Source: a virus
Strand: one strand, 5' to 3'
Length of the DNA stretch: 64,000 bases
IMG/VR virus record: IMGVR_UViG_3300037071_003688
The notes beneath the pieces were generated by a model that worked only from the letters and a program-made list of their open reading frames with translations, was not told the DNA's origin and did no database searches. The position numbers were made by a program, and so were the translations under genes. Positions 8,401 to 16,713 of the stretch are shown piece by piece (the first letter of the stretch is position 1; each line of letters opens with the position of its first letter).

Positions 8401-9512
8401 GGTTCCACTCGGCACCGCCCGCCCCCGAAGCCCAGACGATCGACATCCCGACCGGCGACCTGACCCTGACCGGCGTCGAACCGGTCGTCGCCGGGTCGAG
8501 CACCGCGACGATCCTCGCCCCAATCGGCGCGTTGACGCTGACCGGTGTCGCGCCGACGATCTCGGCCCCGGCCACCATCGCAATCCCGCCGGGCACGCTC
8601 ACGATCACCGGGGTCGCGCCGACTGTTACGCCGACCGGCACGGCGACGATCCTCGCCCCGGTCGGAGCGTTGACGCTCGCAGGCGTCGCGCCAGCCGTCA
8701 CCGTCCGAATCACCATCGCGATCCCGCCTGGCGCCCTCGCGCTGACCGGCGTCGCGCCGGTCGTGACCGCGACGGGGACCGCGACGGTTCTCGCCCCGAC
8801 CGGGCAGATCACGATCAGCGGGCGGACGCCGACCGTCGCCGGGACCGGCACTCGCACGATCCCCGCGCCGACCGGCACGATCACGCTGACCGGGGTCGCG
8901 CCGACCGTCGACGCCAGCACCCGGATCGAGATCCCACCCGGACAGATCACGCTGACCGGTGTCGCCCCCGTCATCACCGCGACCGGGACCGCGACCGTCC
9001 TCGTCCCGACCGGCACGTTGACGATCAACGGTGTCGCCCCGTTCGTCTCCTCGACCGGCGGCTTCAACATTCAGATCCCGACCGGTCTGCTGACCCTGAC
9101 CGGCGTCGCGCCGATCACGACCGGCGGAGCGGGCACCGTCACCATCCCGACCGGCACGCTGACCCTGACCGGTGTGGCACCGATCGTCACGGCCACCGGC
9201 TCGGCGACGGTGCTCGTGCCGACCGCTCAGGTGACGCTCTCGGGTGCCGCACCATCGGTGTCGGGCACCGGCGCCGCCACGTCGATCGAGATCCCGACCG
9301 GCGACATCATCCTCGTCGGCGCCGCGCCAGGGGTCCTGTTCCGCGGCACGGTCTCGTTGGAGGTCCTGGTCCCGACATGCACGCTCGAAGTGCTGGCGCC
9401 GACCGTCGAACTCGAAGTGCTCACCCCGACCGTCGACCTCGACGTGTACGCCACCATCGTCACGCTCGAAGTGCTCGCACCAACAGTGGTGCTCACACAG
9501 TCAGCGGATTAA
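5469..9512 (+). CDS. Giant repeat fibre scaffold/ruler protein (1347 aa) with an inserted lectin-like domain
   Basis: Start MVAYRV at 5469 (TGATG); ~29 copies of a ~24-aa TIxxPxGxLTLTGVAP repeat; ~8 Arg-rich inserts; ConA-like domain DNFNR...LDDFSA (~5760-6305); C-terminal 9-aa TVxLEVLxP repeats. Confidence 0.8.
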   Translation: MVAYRVPAHNPPRLAPPVSMAVGPLAAPPLTIDIPTGDITFATDTPPVVTVVPQLDSLLNDQSRHHQTVHTAVRRDPDRSAIWNHSTRSRYQQPPYLRIIDNFNRGTVDLGYNWRFPGPGVIDLGPLVPLSIVSDVVPISSPLIGGMIWRSNRFADIQSAEVTVTMGSGDGTAGVVLLARDGNLDNCFIAVWRVDSGIGTYRVYAIVNGISDIGTFAVAPTSGTIRIKGESTGTGVRLYADGVLQLTRLDASFTSGDVGIAGWVSTGSAITLDDFSAEPSVEDIPNLAYDHRFLRGDIFRRPNLGLQPYSQALRRRFEAPPYVINQEDDLAPMLVAQRRPAIHAAVRPRPDRTAHRASLPRYHQLPPFVLDVALTIIIPVADLIFAGVAPTIAGTGTATIPIPPGDITFAGVAPDVAVGMDPLLYVDINRRRWALAAAGRRGPPWQRPTRTRTTQAVQIAAQTIAIPPGDLVITGVAPTVTGTGTATILEPTGAITFLGISPFVSATGGFNVQVPTGALTIDGVAPAVTTGMDPSLIVDQNRRRSTLAIATRRDPARPWLRSHRLNVPLVAYPQTIAVPPGDIVLTGVEPDVTAGMDIALIYDQNRRRSTVNTATRRAPVQRPAVRRGGTIPGEAQTIPIPPADLTLVGVAPIVAGTGTATIAVPPGALTITGVAPVVTATGTATIPVPPGPVTLTGVAPVVTSTGTATILAPTGQLTINGISPFVSSTGGFNVQIPTGALTLTGVAPVVAGSSTATILVPPGLLTIDGIAPDVTTGMDPALYVDVNRRRSTLAVAVRRLPARFWVRQSKLDPNLIAFPQTIAIPPGDLTLTGVAPVATATGTATILTPVGALTIDGVAPSVAGTGTATILAPVGLITLTGVEPTIFAGDDPVYLADANAAYRQAVNTAAWRNPDASAPWKWMLRRRRSDRQGGLLPSAVAAGFPLVPNVNRKQQLQVRLVAARRDVNTAAQRVMAQRFHSAPPAPEAQTIDIPTGDLTLTGVEPVVAGSSTATILAPIGALTLTGVAPTISAPATIAIPPGTLTITGVAPTVTPTGTATILAPVGALTLAGVAPAVTVRITIAIPPGALALTGVAPVVTATGTATVLAPTGQITISGRTPTVAGTGTRTIPAPTGTITLTGVAPTVDASTRIEIPPGQITLTGVAPVITATGTATVLVPTGTLTINGVAPFVSSTGGFNIQIPTGLLTLTGVAPITTGGAGTVTIPTGTLTLTGVAPIVTATGSATVLVPTAQVTLSGAAPSVSGTGAATSIEIPTGDIILVGAAPGVLFRGTVSLEVLVPTCTLEVLAPTVELEVLTPTVDLDVYATIVTLEVLAPTVVLTQSAD

Positions 9513-9808
9513 CCGGCGTGAGCGTTGTCGCCGGTGACGTTCGCCATCGGGACGACAGGGGTGCCCGGCTCGGGGGCGAGCAGGCCACGCTGCGACTTGA
9601 TGACCGGTGTCGAGCGGCGCACGATCGCGATCGCGGCGCCGATCCACGACACGACCTTGCTGCCCCACTTCGTGAACACCTCGGCCTTGTCGGACGGCAA
9701 CTCCTCGGCGACCTCGCCGATGATGATGGGGGCGATCAGAGCGGCGGCGACGAGCCACGTGTTGACGGCGGTGCCGAGCACCCTGATGCGAGCGATGAGA
9801 CCGTTCAT
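9509..9808 (-). CDS. Putative holin
   Basis: 99 aa, two hydrophobic helices, RRSTPV motif, immediately downstream of the endolysin. Confidence 0.7.
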   Translation of the reverse strand: MNGLIARIRVLGTAVNTWLVAAALIAPIIIGEVAEELPSDKAEVFTKWGSKVVSWIGAAIAIVRRSTPVIKSQRGLLAPEPGTPVVPMANVTGDNAHAG

Positions 9809-9817
9809 TTGGTTCTC

Positions 9818-10582
9818 CTACGAGTTGGCGAGTTGGATGAACACAGCCTGCGTCTGAGGGCCGATGATCCCATCCGGCGTCAGCTTGAACGCCGTCTGGA
9901 TGTTCTTCACGGCGGTGACGGTCTGCGCCCCGTACTTGCCGTCAACGATGATCGTCTTCGAGCCGCCGACCGCGCCCGGGGCACGGATCACGGTCTGGAC
10001 CATTGCGACGTCTGGGCCTTCCATACCGGGCTTGATGACACGAGGGAACACGATGGCAACTCCTGACGGTGGAAGCGGTGGCGGGTTGACCGGCGGCGGT
10101 GCGAGGCCGAGACGGGCGGAGATGTCGACAGCGTCACCCCACCCTTCCGGGTTCGTTTCGATGTGGAAGTACGTCGCCCACGCGTCGCCCATCCCCTCGG
10201 CGGTCGTGTTCGTCTTCCACCACGACGTGTGCGCGTCGGCGACACTCGATGTGCGCCCGGCACGCCAGATCCGTGACCCGAAGTAGTCGTGGATCGCCTG
10301 GACGTGCAACTCATGCGAGTTGTCGATCAGGAATGGGATGATCACGTTCTTGGCGGTCAGCCGATCCGGATAGTTGCGGTCCGTCGCCGCGCCCCACCAG
10401 TGGACCGATGGAGTCGTGCCGCCCCGGATCGGACGCTGCCCGTAGCAGCCGTTGTTCGTCATCGCGAACCGTTTACCGAGATAGTTCCCGAGGCAGATCA
10501 GGTTCGGGGAGCAGGTGTGGTACTTCGGGGTGGCCGGGTCGGCGAGCAAACCCCAGTTGTAGAAGTGGGTCTCGACCGACAT
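9818..10582 (-). CDS. Endolysin: M15-like Zn peptidase plus C-terminal peptidoglycan-binding domain
   Basis: RxxRGG..SVHWWGAATD and FHIE zinc-peptidase motifs; C-terminal GPDVAMVQ...VDGKYGAQT...DGIIGPQT; start 10582 (or 10588), not 10915. Confidence 0.85.
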   Translation of the reverse strand: MSVETHFYNWGLLADPATPKYHTCSPNLICLGNYLGKRFAMTNNGCYGQRPIRGGTTPSVHWWGAATDRNYPDRLTAKNVIIPFLIDNSHELHVQAIHDYFGSRIWRAGRTSSVADAHTSWWKTNTTAEGMGDAWATYFHIETNPEGWGDAVDISARLGLAPPPVNPPPLPPSGVAIVFPRVIKPGMEGPDVAMVQTVIRAPGAVGGSKTIIVDGKYGAQTVTAVKNIQTAFKLTPDGIIGPQTQAVFIQLANS

Positions 10583-10625
10583 GGGCATCCAACCTAGTGA
10601 GTCGCAACCCGCGACCGGGGGACCC

Positions 10626-12653
10626 TCAGAACGACGACGCGTACAACGCCAACAGTTCACTGTTCGACGGGCGACCGCGGTACAACCCGGCCCACACGCA
10701 ACCATCCCACGGGTTACCGGCGACGGCGGTGTCGTGTGCGGTGCCAGCGAAGAACAGGAACAGATCGGAGGCGGTCGTGCCCTGCGAATCGAACTGCGGG
10801 CACGGCCACGTCCCGTTCTCGAAGAAATACTCGTCAACGTTGGGACCCTCCGGGTATGCGTTGTCGTCGTGGGCGACCGTGTTGACGCCGCCGCTATCAA
10901 CGACCCACACGCCATACGAACGTGACGCCGGGTCGATGTAGAGCGCGACGAGCAGGTCGATGTCGCGGTCCATCAACGGGTTCGTGATCGTCTCATCCCA
11001 GTACGCCTCGAAGAACGTGCCCTCGCCGATCGAGTCGCCCAGCGACGCGCCGTACAGACCGGAGAAGCCACCGTCGAACGCGAACCCTTCCGCGGAGGGG
11101 GTGACGAAGTCGTATGCGCCGCCGTCGCCGGGGATGATGTCAACCTCGATGTATCCGATCGTGTTCTCGAATGTGCGGTGCCCTGCGGGTAGGGCGAAGA
11201 TGAACGTCGCCGGTCCGGCCGACCAGTCGCCACCCATGTCCGACTCGCTCGGCAATGTCGCGTTCGGCCCGAAGTCCGCGCCGCCCGCCCAGTTGACCTG
11301 CTTCTTCGCGTAGATGACGTCGCCCGGCCCGTCGTCAACGATCTTGAGGTCGAACACCGAGCCAGCCGACCCGGTGTTCGGGAACGTCGCCCCGGCCGTG
11401 ACCGAGGTCAACAGACGCGAATCCCACTTGACGATCGCCGCACCGAGTCCGGTCGATGGTTCGGTGACCGGGGTGCGCCACGGTCGCGGCCCTGCCGCCT
11501 GGTTCGGACTCGGCTGCTCGCGCGGACGGGGGATGAAGATGATCCCGTCGCCCTCACCGAGATCGTTCGCGAGCGCGGCGATGCTGCCGTCAGTGAGCAG
11601 CACGCCGCCGCTAGCGAACCCGGACGCGTCCGGCGCCAGTGTGTGGGTGACGGTCTGTGTTGCCAGGTCGAACCAGTCCCAGTCGCCGTTGTCGAGGTTG
11701 GTGAAGATCGCCGTGGCCGCGTCGGGGCAGCCGACGAACTCGATCTGATGGCCCGGTGTCCACGTCCAGGCGACGGTCGGCGACGACGGCGTCGAAACGT
11801 TGATGCCCTTGAGTCGCATGACGCTGCCGGTGCTGTCGAGCACGTGGACGAGCAGCAGTGAATCGGTGGCCCGCCAGCAGTCGAACGGGATCGACGTCGC
11901 GCCGGTGCCCAACGACGCCGTGCCGACAATGCCCGCCGTCGAGAACACCGACAGGGTTTGACGACCGGCGATCGCCCCGTAGTAGGTGCCCGCGTTCACG
12001 AAGACGTGGTCGACCATGCCGAGCCCGAACACCTGATGTGACAGGTTGAAGGGGCCGTGGTCGGTGACGTTGGCGGTGTCAAAGTCGGAACCGACAATCC
12101 GATACGTGGACCCGCTCAGATGGGTGAACCACAAGACGTTGTTCGGATCGAGGCAGCAGCTAGAGAACCCGGAACCGGAGCCGATCCCGTAGGGGCCGAC
12201 GCTCTTGTTCGTGATCAGGGTGATGTTGGTCGGGTCGCTGAGATCGTAGAGACGCGCCGGGTTCGAGGATTGCGGCGTGTCATAGTGGTTGTTGACGACG
12301 GCGAGCTTCGTCCCGGCCGCCGCCCGTCCACCCCACGGTCGCCTGATCGCCCCGCCAGCCGGGAGCACCAGGAAGTCGAGCACGCCCGTGATGTCAGCGG
12401 TGGCGATCGCTGACAGTTGCCCGTAGAAGTTGATCAGACCGTTCGCCCAGTTCGAGACCTGCACGACGGCGTTCGTCGTCGGGATCGCCCAGCGAGCCTG
12501 CTCCGTGCTGGCCCCCGGGAAGTAACGGTCATCGCGCACCCACACCCCGGGCAGCGGGACACCGCCGAACGGCGAACCGAGGATGTCGATCTTGCCATGT
12601 GTGATCGGGACATCGAACAGCGGCGTGTGCGACGAATCGTGGAAGATCGGCAT
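10626..12653 (-). CDS. Minor tail/receptor-binding protein (beta-propeller-like plus LamG-like domain)
   Basis: LYDLSDPTNITL and INVSTPSSPTV LVIVD-like blades; C-terminal WDSR...NTGSAGSVFDL domain; N-terminal SSHTPLFD. Confidence 0.7.
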   Translation of the reverse strand: MPIFHDSSHTPLFDVPITHGKIDILGSPFGGVPLPGVWVRDDRYFPGASTEQARWAIPTTNAVVQVSNWANGLINFYGQLSAIATADITGVLDFLVLPAGGAIRRPWGGRAAAGTKLAVVNNHYDTPQSSNPARLYDLSDPTNITLITNKSVGPYGIGSGSGFSSCCLDPNNVLWFTHLSGSTYRIVGSDFDTANVTDHGPFNLSHQVFGLGMVDHVFVNAGTYYGAIAGRQTLSVFSTAGIVGTASLGTGATSIPFDCWRATDSLLLVHVLDSTGSVMRLKGINVSTPSSPTVAWTWTPGHQIEFVGCPDAATAIFTNLDNGDWDWFDLATQTVTHTLAPDASGFASGGVLLTDGSIAALANDLGEGDGIIFIPRPREQPSPNQAAGPRPWRTPVTEPSTGLGAAIVKWDSRLLTSVTAGATFPNTGSAGSVFDLKIVDDGPGDVIYAKKQVNWAGGADFGPNATLPSESDMGGDWSAGPATFIFALPAGHRTFENTIGYIEVDIIPGDGGAYDFVTPSAEGFAFDGGFSGLYGASLGDSIGEGTFFEAYWDETITNPLMDRDIDLLVALYIDPASRSYGVWVVDSGGVNTVAHDDNAYPEGPNVDEYFFENGTWPCPQFDSQGTTASDLFLFFAGTAHDTAVAGNPWDGCVWAGLYRGRPSNSELLALYASSF

Positions 12654-12668
12654 CGGACGCGACCCTAG

Positions 12669-14474
12669 CTACGGCGTCGGATACCGATACACGACCCGAC
12701 CGGCCGCGCCAGGCGTGGCCGTCAGACCGAACGCTCCGCCTGCGCCACCTGAACCGGTGTTCGCTGCGGGTGCTACAGCGGCGATGTCGGGGCCGTCCGT
12801 AGCTCCGACAGCGCCGCTGTGAGGAGCCGTCCCGCCGACGTAGGTGCCCGTGAACCGTTGAGCGCCGCCAGGTCCACCATCACCGTAGAAGTCGCCTGAG
12901 CCAGCGGGCCATTCGACGCCTGCGCCGCCGTCACCGGCGTGTCCCGATGTGCTCGACTGAGCGTTCCCACCGTTCGCTGCCGCGCCGCCGCCACCCCCGG
13001 CGCCGAAGTTGTCGGCACCACCAGAGTTGTAGCCGTTACCGCCCGAGTGAACGCCCCCGCCGCCAGTACCACCATGCTGCCCGCCGCCGCCGCCCGCTAC
13101 GCCGCTCGATCCGTTCGCCGTGCCGGACCCGTTCGCGCCGCCGCCCGCGCCACCGGCGAGCGTTGTCGTCGTCGCACCGACGATGACGGTCGGACCACCG
13201 CTCGACCCGTTCGAGTTCGGGACGACTGTGCCGCCAGGGCCGATCGTGATGACCTCCGGGACCGTGATGACCCCGGTCGTAACGTCGTACTCGCCGTTGC
13301 CACCGCCACCGCCGGTCCGCTCCGAGCCAGGATCGCCACCCGCCGCGCCGCCCGCGATAGCGAACCGTTCGATCGGCGCGGGATAGCCGTTCGGGTCGAA
13401 CGTCCCGTCCGCCGTGAACGTGTGATACGTGTATCCGCCGTCCGTCGTGATCGTCCCGCCGGTCGGGATCGGGACCACGTACGGCGTGGTCGCTTGCAGC
13501 CAGATCTCGTGGATCTGGGTCAGAGTCGGCTTGCTCGTTGGACGCCACAAACCTTTGGTCGTGCAGCAGTTCCAGGCCGTGCCGAGACCGGGCAGCGATG
13601 GCCCGGCGTGGTAGCCGATCCCCCAGTACATTCGCACCATCGCCGTCTCGGCGGCTTCGGCCGCGACCGCGCCGCCGTAGGCGTCGAGGTCATCTTCCAT
13701 CTCGAACCATTCGTTGGGTGCAGGTGGGCTGACGGGGAACTCCTCGGCACCGTCAGCCGTGAACGTGTGCTCGAACTCGGTCAGCCCACCTGCGCCGTCG
13801 TAGATGAAGTCCCACATCGTGCGAGTGGCAGCGTCGAAGTAGTGACCGAACAGGTAGTTGCTTGGGTCCGTGATCGAGTTGTCGGCTCCCCATGCTTCGA
13901 TGTCGGTGAACTGATAGAGCAGACCGGCGAAGGCGACGTCCCAGAAGCTCTCTTGAAACCCCTCGAACATCGTGGGGTTGCCCGTGTCCTCGTAGAGGTA
14001 TGTCGAACCGACACCGACCTGAATCCCGTCCCCGGCTACGTCGGTGAAGAACCATTCGCACTCGGACCCGGTCCAAGCCTCAGTCGGCACGCCGGTGCCG
14101 CGGAGCGCGGTGAGGATCGTGGAGGGCAGGACGGTCACCATCAGGAACGCGGCGGTCGTAGGCGGCCCTCCGAGATCGTCCCAGCCGGTCGGGAACGACG
14201 ATCCGCTGTCCGGCTGGGCGAAGTAGTTGTATCGCTTGATCGCCCACCAGTCCCCCGTCCAGGGGCCGCCGCTTCGATCCTCGATCGGTAGATCGAAGAC
14301 CGCGCCCGCCGTGCCCAAGTTGAGCAGGTCGCTCGTGCCACCATCATGGTGGCGTGTGTCGTAGTAGATCACCGGCGCTGGGAGCGGCGGCAACGGCGAC
14401 ACGGCAACGACGGACCCTCTGCTCTTGGGCGGGTCGAACAGCGGCTTGTGCGACGACTCGCGGCGGTGCGGCAT
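12669..14474 (-). CDS. Minor tail protein (LamG-like plus C-terminal glycine-rich domain)
   Basis: Start MPHRRESSHKPLFD at 14474 (TGATG with the sulfotransferase); TGGTITTDGGYTYHTFTADGTF...GGGG...GRVVYRY glycine-rich domain. Confidence 0.75.
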   Translation of the reverse strand: MPHRRESSHKPLFDPPKSRGSVVAVSPLPPLPAPVIYYDTRHHDGGTSDLLNLGTAGAVFDLPIEDRSGGPWTGDWWAIKRYNYFAQPDSGSSFPTGWDDLGGPPTTAAFLMVTVLPSTILTALRGTGVPTEAWTGSECEWFFTDVAGDGIQVGVGSTYLYEDTGNPTMFEGFQESFWDVAFAGLLYQFTDIEAWGADNSITDPSNYLFGHYFDAATRTMWDFIYDGAGGLTEFEHTFTADGAEEFPVSPPAPNEWFEMEDDLDAYGGAVAAEAAETAMVRMYWGIGYHAGPSLPGLGTAWNCCTTKGLWRPTSKPTLTQIHEIWLQATTPYVVPIPTGGTITTDGGYTYHTFTADGTFDPNGYPAPIERFAIAGGAAGGDPGSERTGGGGGNGEYDVTTGVITVPEVITIGPGGTVVPNSNGSSGGPTVIVGATTTTLAGGAGGGANGSGTANGSSGVAGGGGGQHGGTGGGGVHSGGNGYNSGGADNFGAGGGGGAAANGGNAQSSTSGHAGDGGAGVEWPAGSGDFYGDGGPGGAQRFTGTYVGGTAPHSGAVGATDGPDIAAVAPAANTGSGGAGGAFGLTATPGAAGRVVYRYPTP

Positions 14475-15271
14475 CAGTACCCGAAGGTCTGGTGGAACAG
14501 CGGCCAACGCCCCTTGATCTGCGCGGCGAGGTCATCGGGAACGAGGTCCGCATCGACGGGCCGCTGCTCGACCTGCCCGGAGCCGTCATGGGGGAACTTG
14601 AAGCGATACAGAGCGTCGGCGTCGGTGGCGACCGACACGACCTTGTCGAAGTCGTAGTCGAACGGCTCAAGACCGAGATGCTTGTCGATACCACGCATCG
14701 CGACATCGGGGGCAGCGGTGAAGCCCTCGTACACGGCGAAGAACACGAACGGGATGCCGGACTGCGTGAACGGACGACGGCGGATCATGTCCTCGACCGC
14801 GGCGATCGGACCGCCGATCATGCCGCCCTGGGAGAACATGACGTTCGCTTTGTCCCACAACGGTTCGTGTGGGCCGTACTCGGCGGTGGCCCGATGCTGC
14901 TTCTCGATTGAGGCGAACACGTCGCGTGGGTGGCGGACGGCGGCGACCATGCGGGCGTCGGGGTACAGGCGTTGCAACAACAGGTAGCTCCACCCCCAGC
15001 CCCGCGACTTGTCGACTACGAGGCGACCGTCGTCGGGATGCCAGTTGTTGACGATGCCCCGCAACACGGACACGTTGCGTTCACGCGCCTCGGGCAGGCC
15101 GATCAGATCCGACGTGACTTCCGGCGAGTTCGTCAGGAACTCCGACATCTTGGCGAGCGCACCCGGCAGACCGGATGTCGATGAGACCGTGACGTCGTCG
15201 CGTTGGGCGAGCAGGTTGCACAGCAGCGTCGACCCGGAGCGGGGCAGACCGGCGAGCGTCGCGATCCTCAT
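14474..15271 (-). CDS. Sulfotransferase (PAPS-dependent, Sulfotransfer_3-like)
   Basis: 5'-PSB loop GLPRSGSTLL, DKSRGW, 3'-PB motif VRHPRDVFAS, YE...P...MRGIxxHLGLEPF. Confidence 0.9.
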   Translation of the reverse strand: MRIATLAGLPRSGSTLLCNLLAQRDDVTVSSTSGLPGALAKMSEFLTNSPEVTSDLIGLPEARERNVSVLRGIVNNWHPDDGRLVVDKSRGWGWSYLLLQRLYPDARMVAAVRHPRDVFASIEKQHRATAEYGPHEPLWDKANVMFSQGGMIGGPIAAVEDMIRRRPFTQSGIPFVFFAVYEGFTAAPDVAMRGIDKHLGLEPFDYDFDKVVSVATDADALYRFKFPHDGSGQVEQRPVDADLVPDDLAAQIKGRWPLFHQTFGY

Positions 15272-15561
15272 ACGTCCTTCGTCTCCTCCGTCCCGACATC
15301 GACCACCGATGCCGCCGCGGCGACGGCGTCGCGTTCGACTTGGATGACACGTTCGGATGCTTCGACAGCAACTTCGATGTCGACTTCCTCGACGGTGAGC
15401 CGCGGCGGCAGTGACGGCACCCGGTCAGCGATGACAGTGATCGCACCATCTTCGTCAACGGTGAATGATGACACCGGTCCCTGGCTTTGTGTCGCGAGGC
15501 GGCGCAACGCGATCTTCTGGGTGCGCTCTGGGTCGTCGCCGGTGATGCGGAAGGTGGGCAT
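15268..15561 (-). CDS. Hypothetical protein (97 aa, MPTFRITGDD...)
   Basis: RBS AGGAG before ATG 15561; ATGA overlap with the sulfotransferase. Confidence 0.65.
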   Translation of the reverse strand: MPTFRITGDDPERTQKIALRRLATQSQGPVSSFTVDEDGAITVIADRVPSLPPRLTVEEVDIEVAVEASERVIQVERDAVAAAASVVDVGTEETKDV

Positions 15562-15569
15562 TGGTTCTC

Positions 15570-16712
15570 CTATGTGATCTTGACGGACACGCCGCCCGAG
15601 CGGATGTAGACGTAGCCGCCAGCGATCCACCACGCCCCGAGCGCCGGGGAGGCCGGGGCACCGTTCGTGTAGACGTGGAAGTCGTTGCCGACCTGGAACG
15701 AATCGGCGACGGCGTTCGTGCCCGGCGCGAACTGCACAGCCCCAGCGGCGGAAGCGACGATCGACTCGCCAGGCTGAGCGTCACCGAAAGCAAACGCACC
15801 TAGCGCCGAAGCGGTGATCAAACCATTGGAACTCGTCGCGGCGACAGCATGACCACCAGCGAACGCTCCCTTGGCGGAGGCCCAGATCCGTGCCAACGCG
15901 GGCGATGCCACGTCGGCGTTGGCGTATCCGAATGCGAGTGCGCCACGCGCTTCGGCATGGACCTGCGCATACGACGTCGTATGCGTCACATCACTCCCGG
16001 TGTAGGCGAATCCGAACGCCCAGCCCTCGGACGTCCTGACCAGCGCCCCGACACCGTACGCGGTGCCGAGCGCGGTCCCTTGCGTCGCGTAGATGTGCCC
16101 GCCGTATGCGGCGTATCCGAAGGCGAGTCCGGCGAATCTGCCCTCGATCGACGTGATGGTCGAGCCGGTCGTCTCGTTCCAGTGGGCCACGTAGCCGCCC
16201 GCCCAGCCGTAGCTCGCATGGATACCCACGGTCGAGCCAGCGCCGGACGCGAACCCGCCACCCACAACCAGCGCAGGGCCATGCAGAGAAAGGCTGGCGT
16301 CACCGCCGTCCTCGCCGTAGATGTAGCCGCCGCAAAGTCCCAACGTGGCGGTCCCGTCTATTTGCCCGGTGGCGGCCCCATCGGTGCCTGCGTACCCGAA
16401 CACGATCCCGCCCGCGTTGTTGGCACTGCTCACGCACGCGAACTCGCCGGTCCCACCCGTCCGTCCGACGACGACGAGACCGGGCTGCACGTCGGCGTGT
16501 GTGATCTTCGTGCCGGGCGGTGTGAACGTTCCGGACGGATAGCCGAGAGAGTTGGCGACGGTCGCCCCGTCACCCACCTTGACGCCGATGCGGCCAGCGG
16601 CACCGGTCAGGCGAACCAACCCCAGTTCTCCGTCGAGCAGCGTCGGGTTGTCCGAGGCCCAGTCCGCCTGTGTGGCACGCTTGATCTGGCCGGGTCCGTT
16701 CAGGGCGGTCAC
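15570..16712 (-). CDS. Tail fibre with Mtd_N/hyaluronidase-N-like domain and YadA-head-like repeats
   Basis: IKRATQADWASDNPTLLDGELG...KVGDG...LGY N-terminus; repeated GAFAFG/GALAFG motifs. Confidence 0.8.
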   Translation of the reverse strand: MTALNGPGQIKRATQADWASDNPTLLDGELGLVRLTGAAGRIGVKVGDGATVANSLGYPSGTFTPPGTKITHADVQPGLVVVGRTGGTGEFACVSSANNAGGIVFGYAGTDGAATGQIDGTATLGLCGGYIYGEDGGDASLSLHGPALVVGGGFASGAGSTVGIHASYGWAGGYVAHWNETTGSTITSIEGRFAGLAFGYAAYGGHIYATQGTALGTAYGVGALVRTSEGWAFGFAYTGSDVTHTTSYAQVHAEARGALAFGYANADVASPALARIWASAKGAFAGGHAVAATSSNGLITASALGAFAFGDAQPGESIVASAAGAVQFAPGTNAVADSFQVGNDFHVYTNGAPASPALGAWWIAGGYVYIRSGGVSVKIT

Positions 16713-16713
16713 G

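Noticed and set aside
5469-9512. CRISPR-like or non-coding repeat array
   Set aside because: The repeats are degenerate at third codon positions and in frame, so they are protein repeats, not repeat-spacer units
7142-10066. 974-aa Arg-rich ORF and other long overlapping ORFs (e.g. 19455-21857, 22296-24047, 12939-14291)
   Set aside because: Shadow frames of high-GC genes; R/P/H-rich composition with no motifs
15570-16712. Diversity-generating retroelement suggested by the Mtd_N-like domain
   Set aside because: No reverse transcriptase and no template/variable repeat pair differing at adenines was seen in the window
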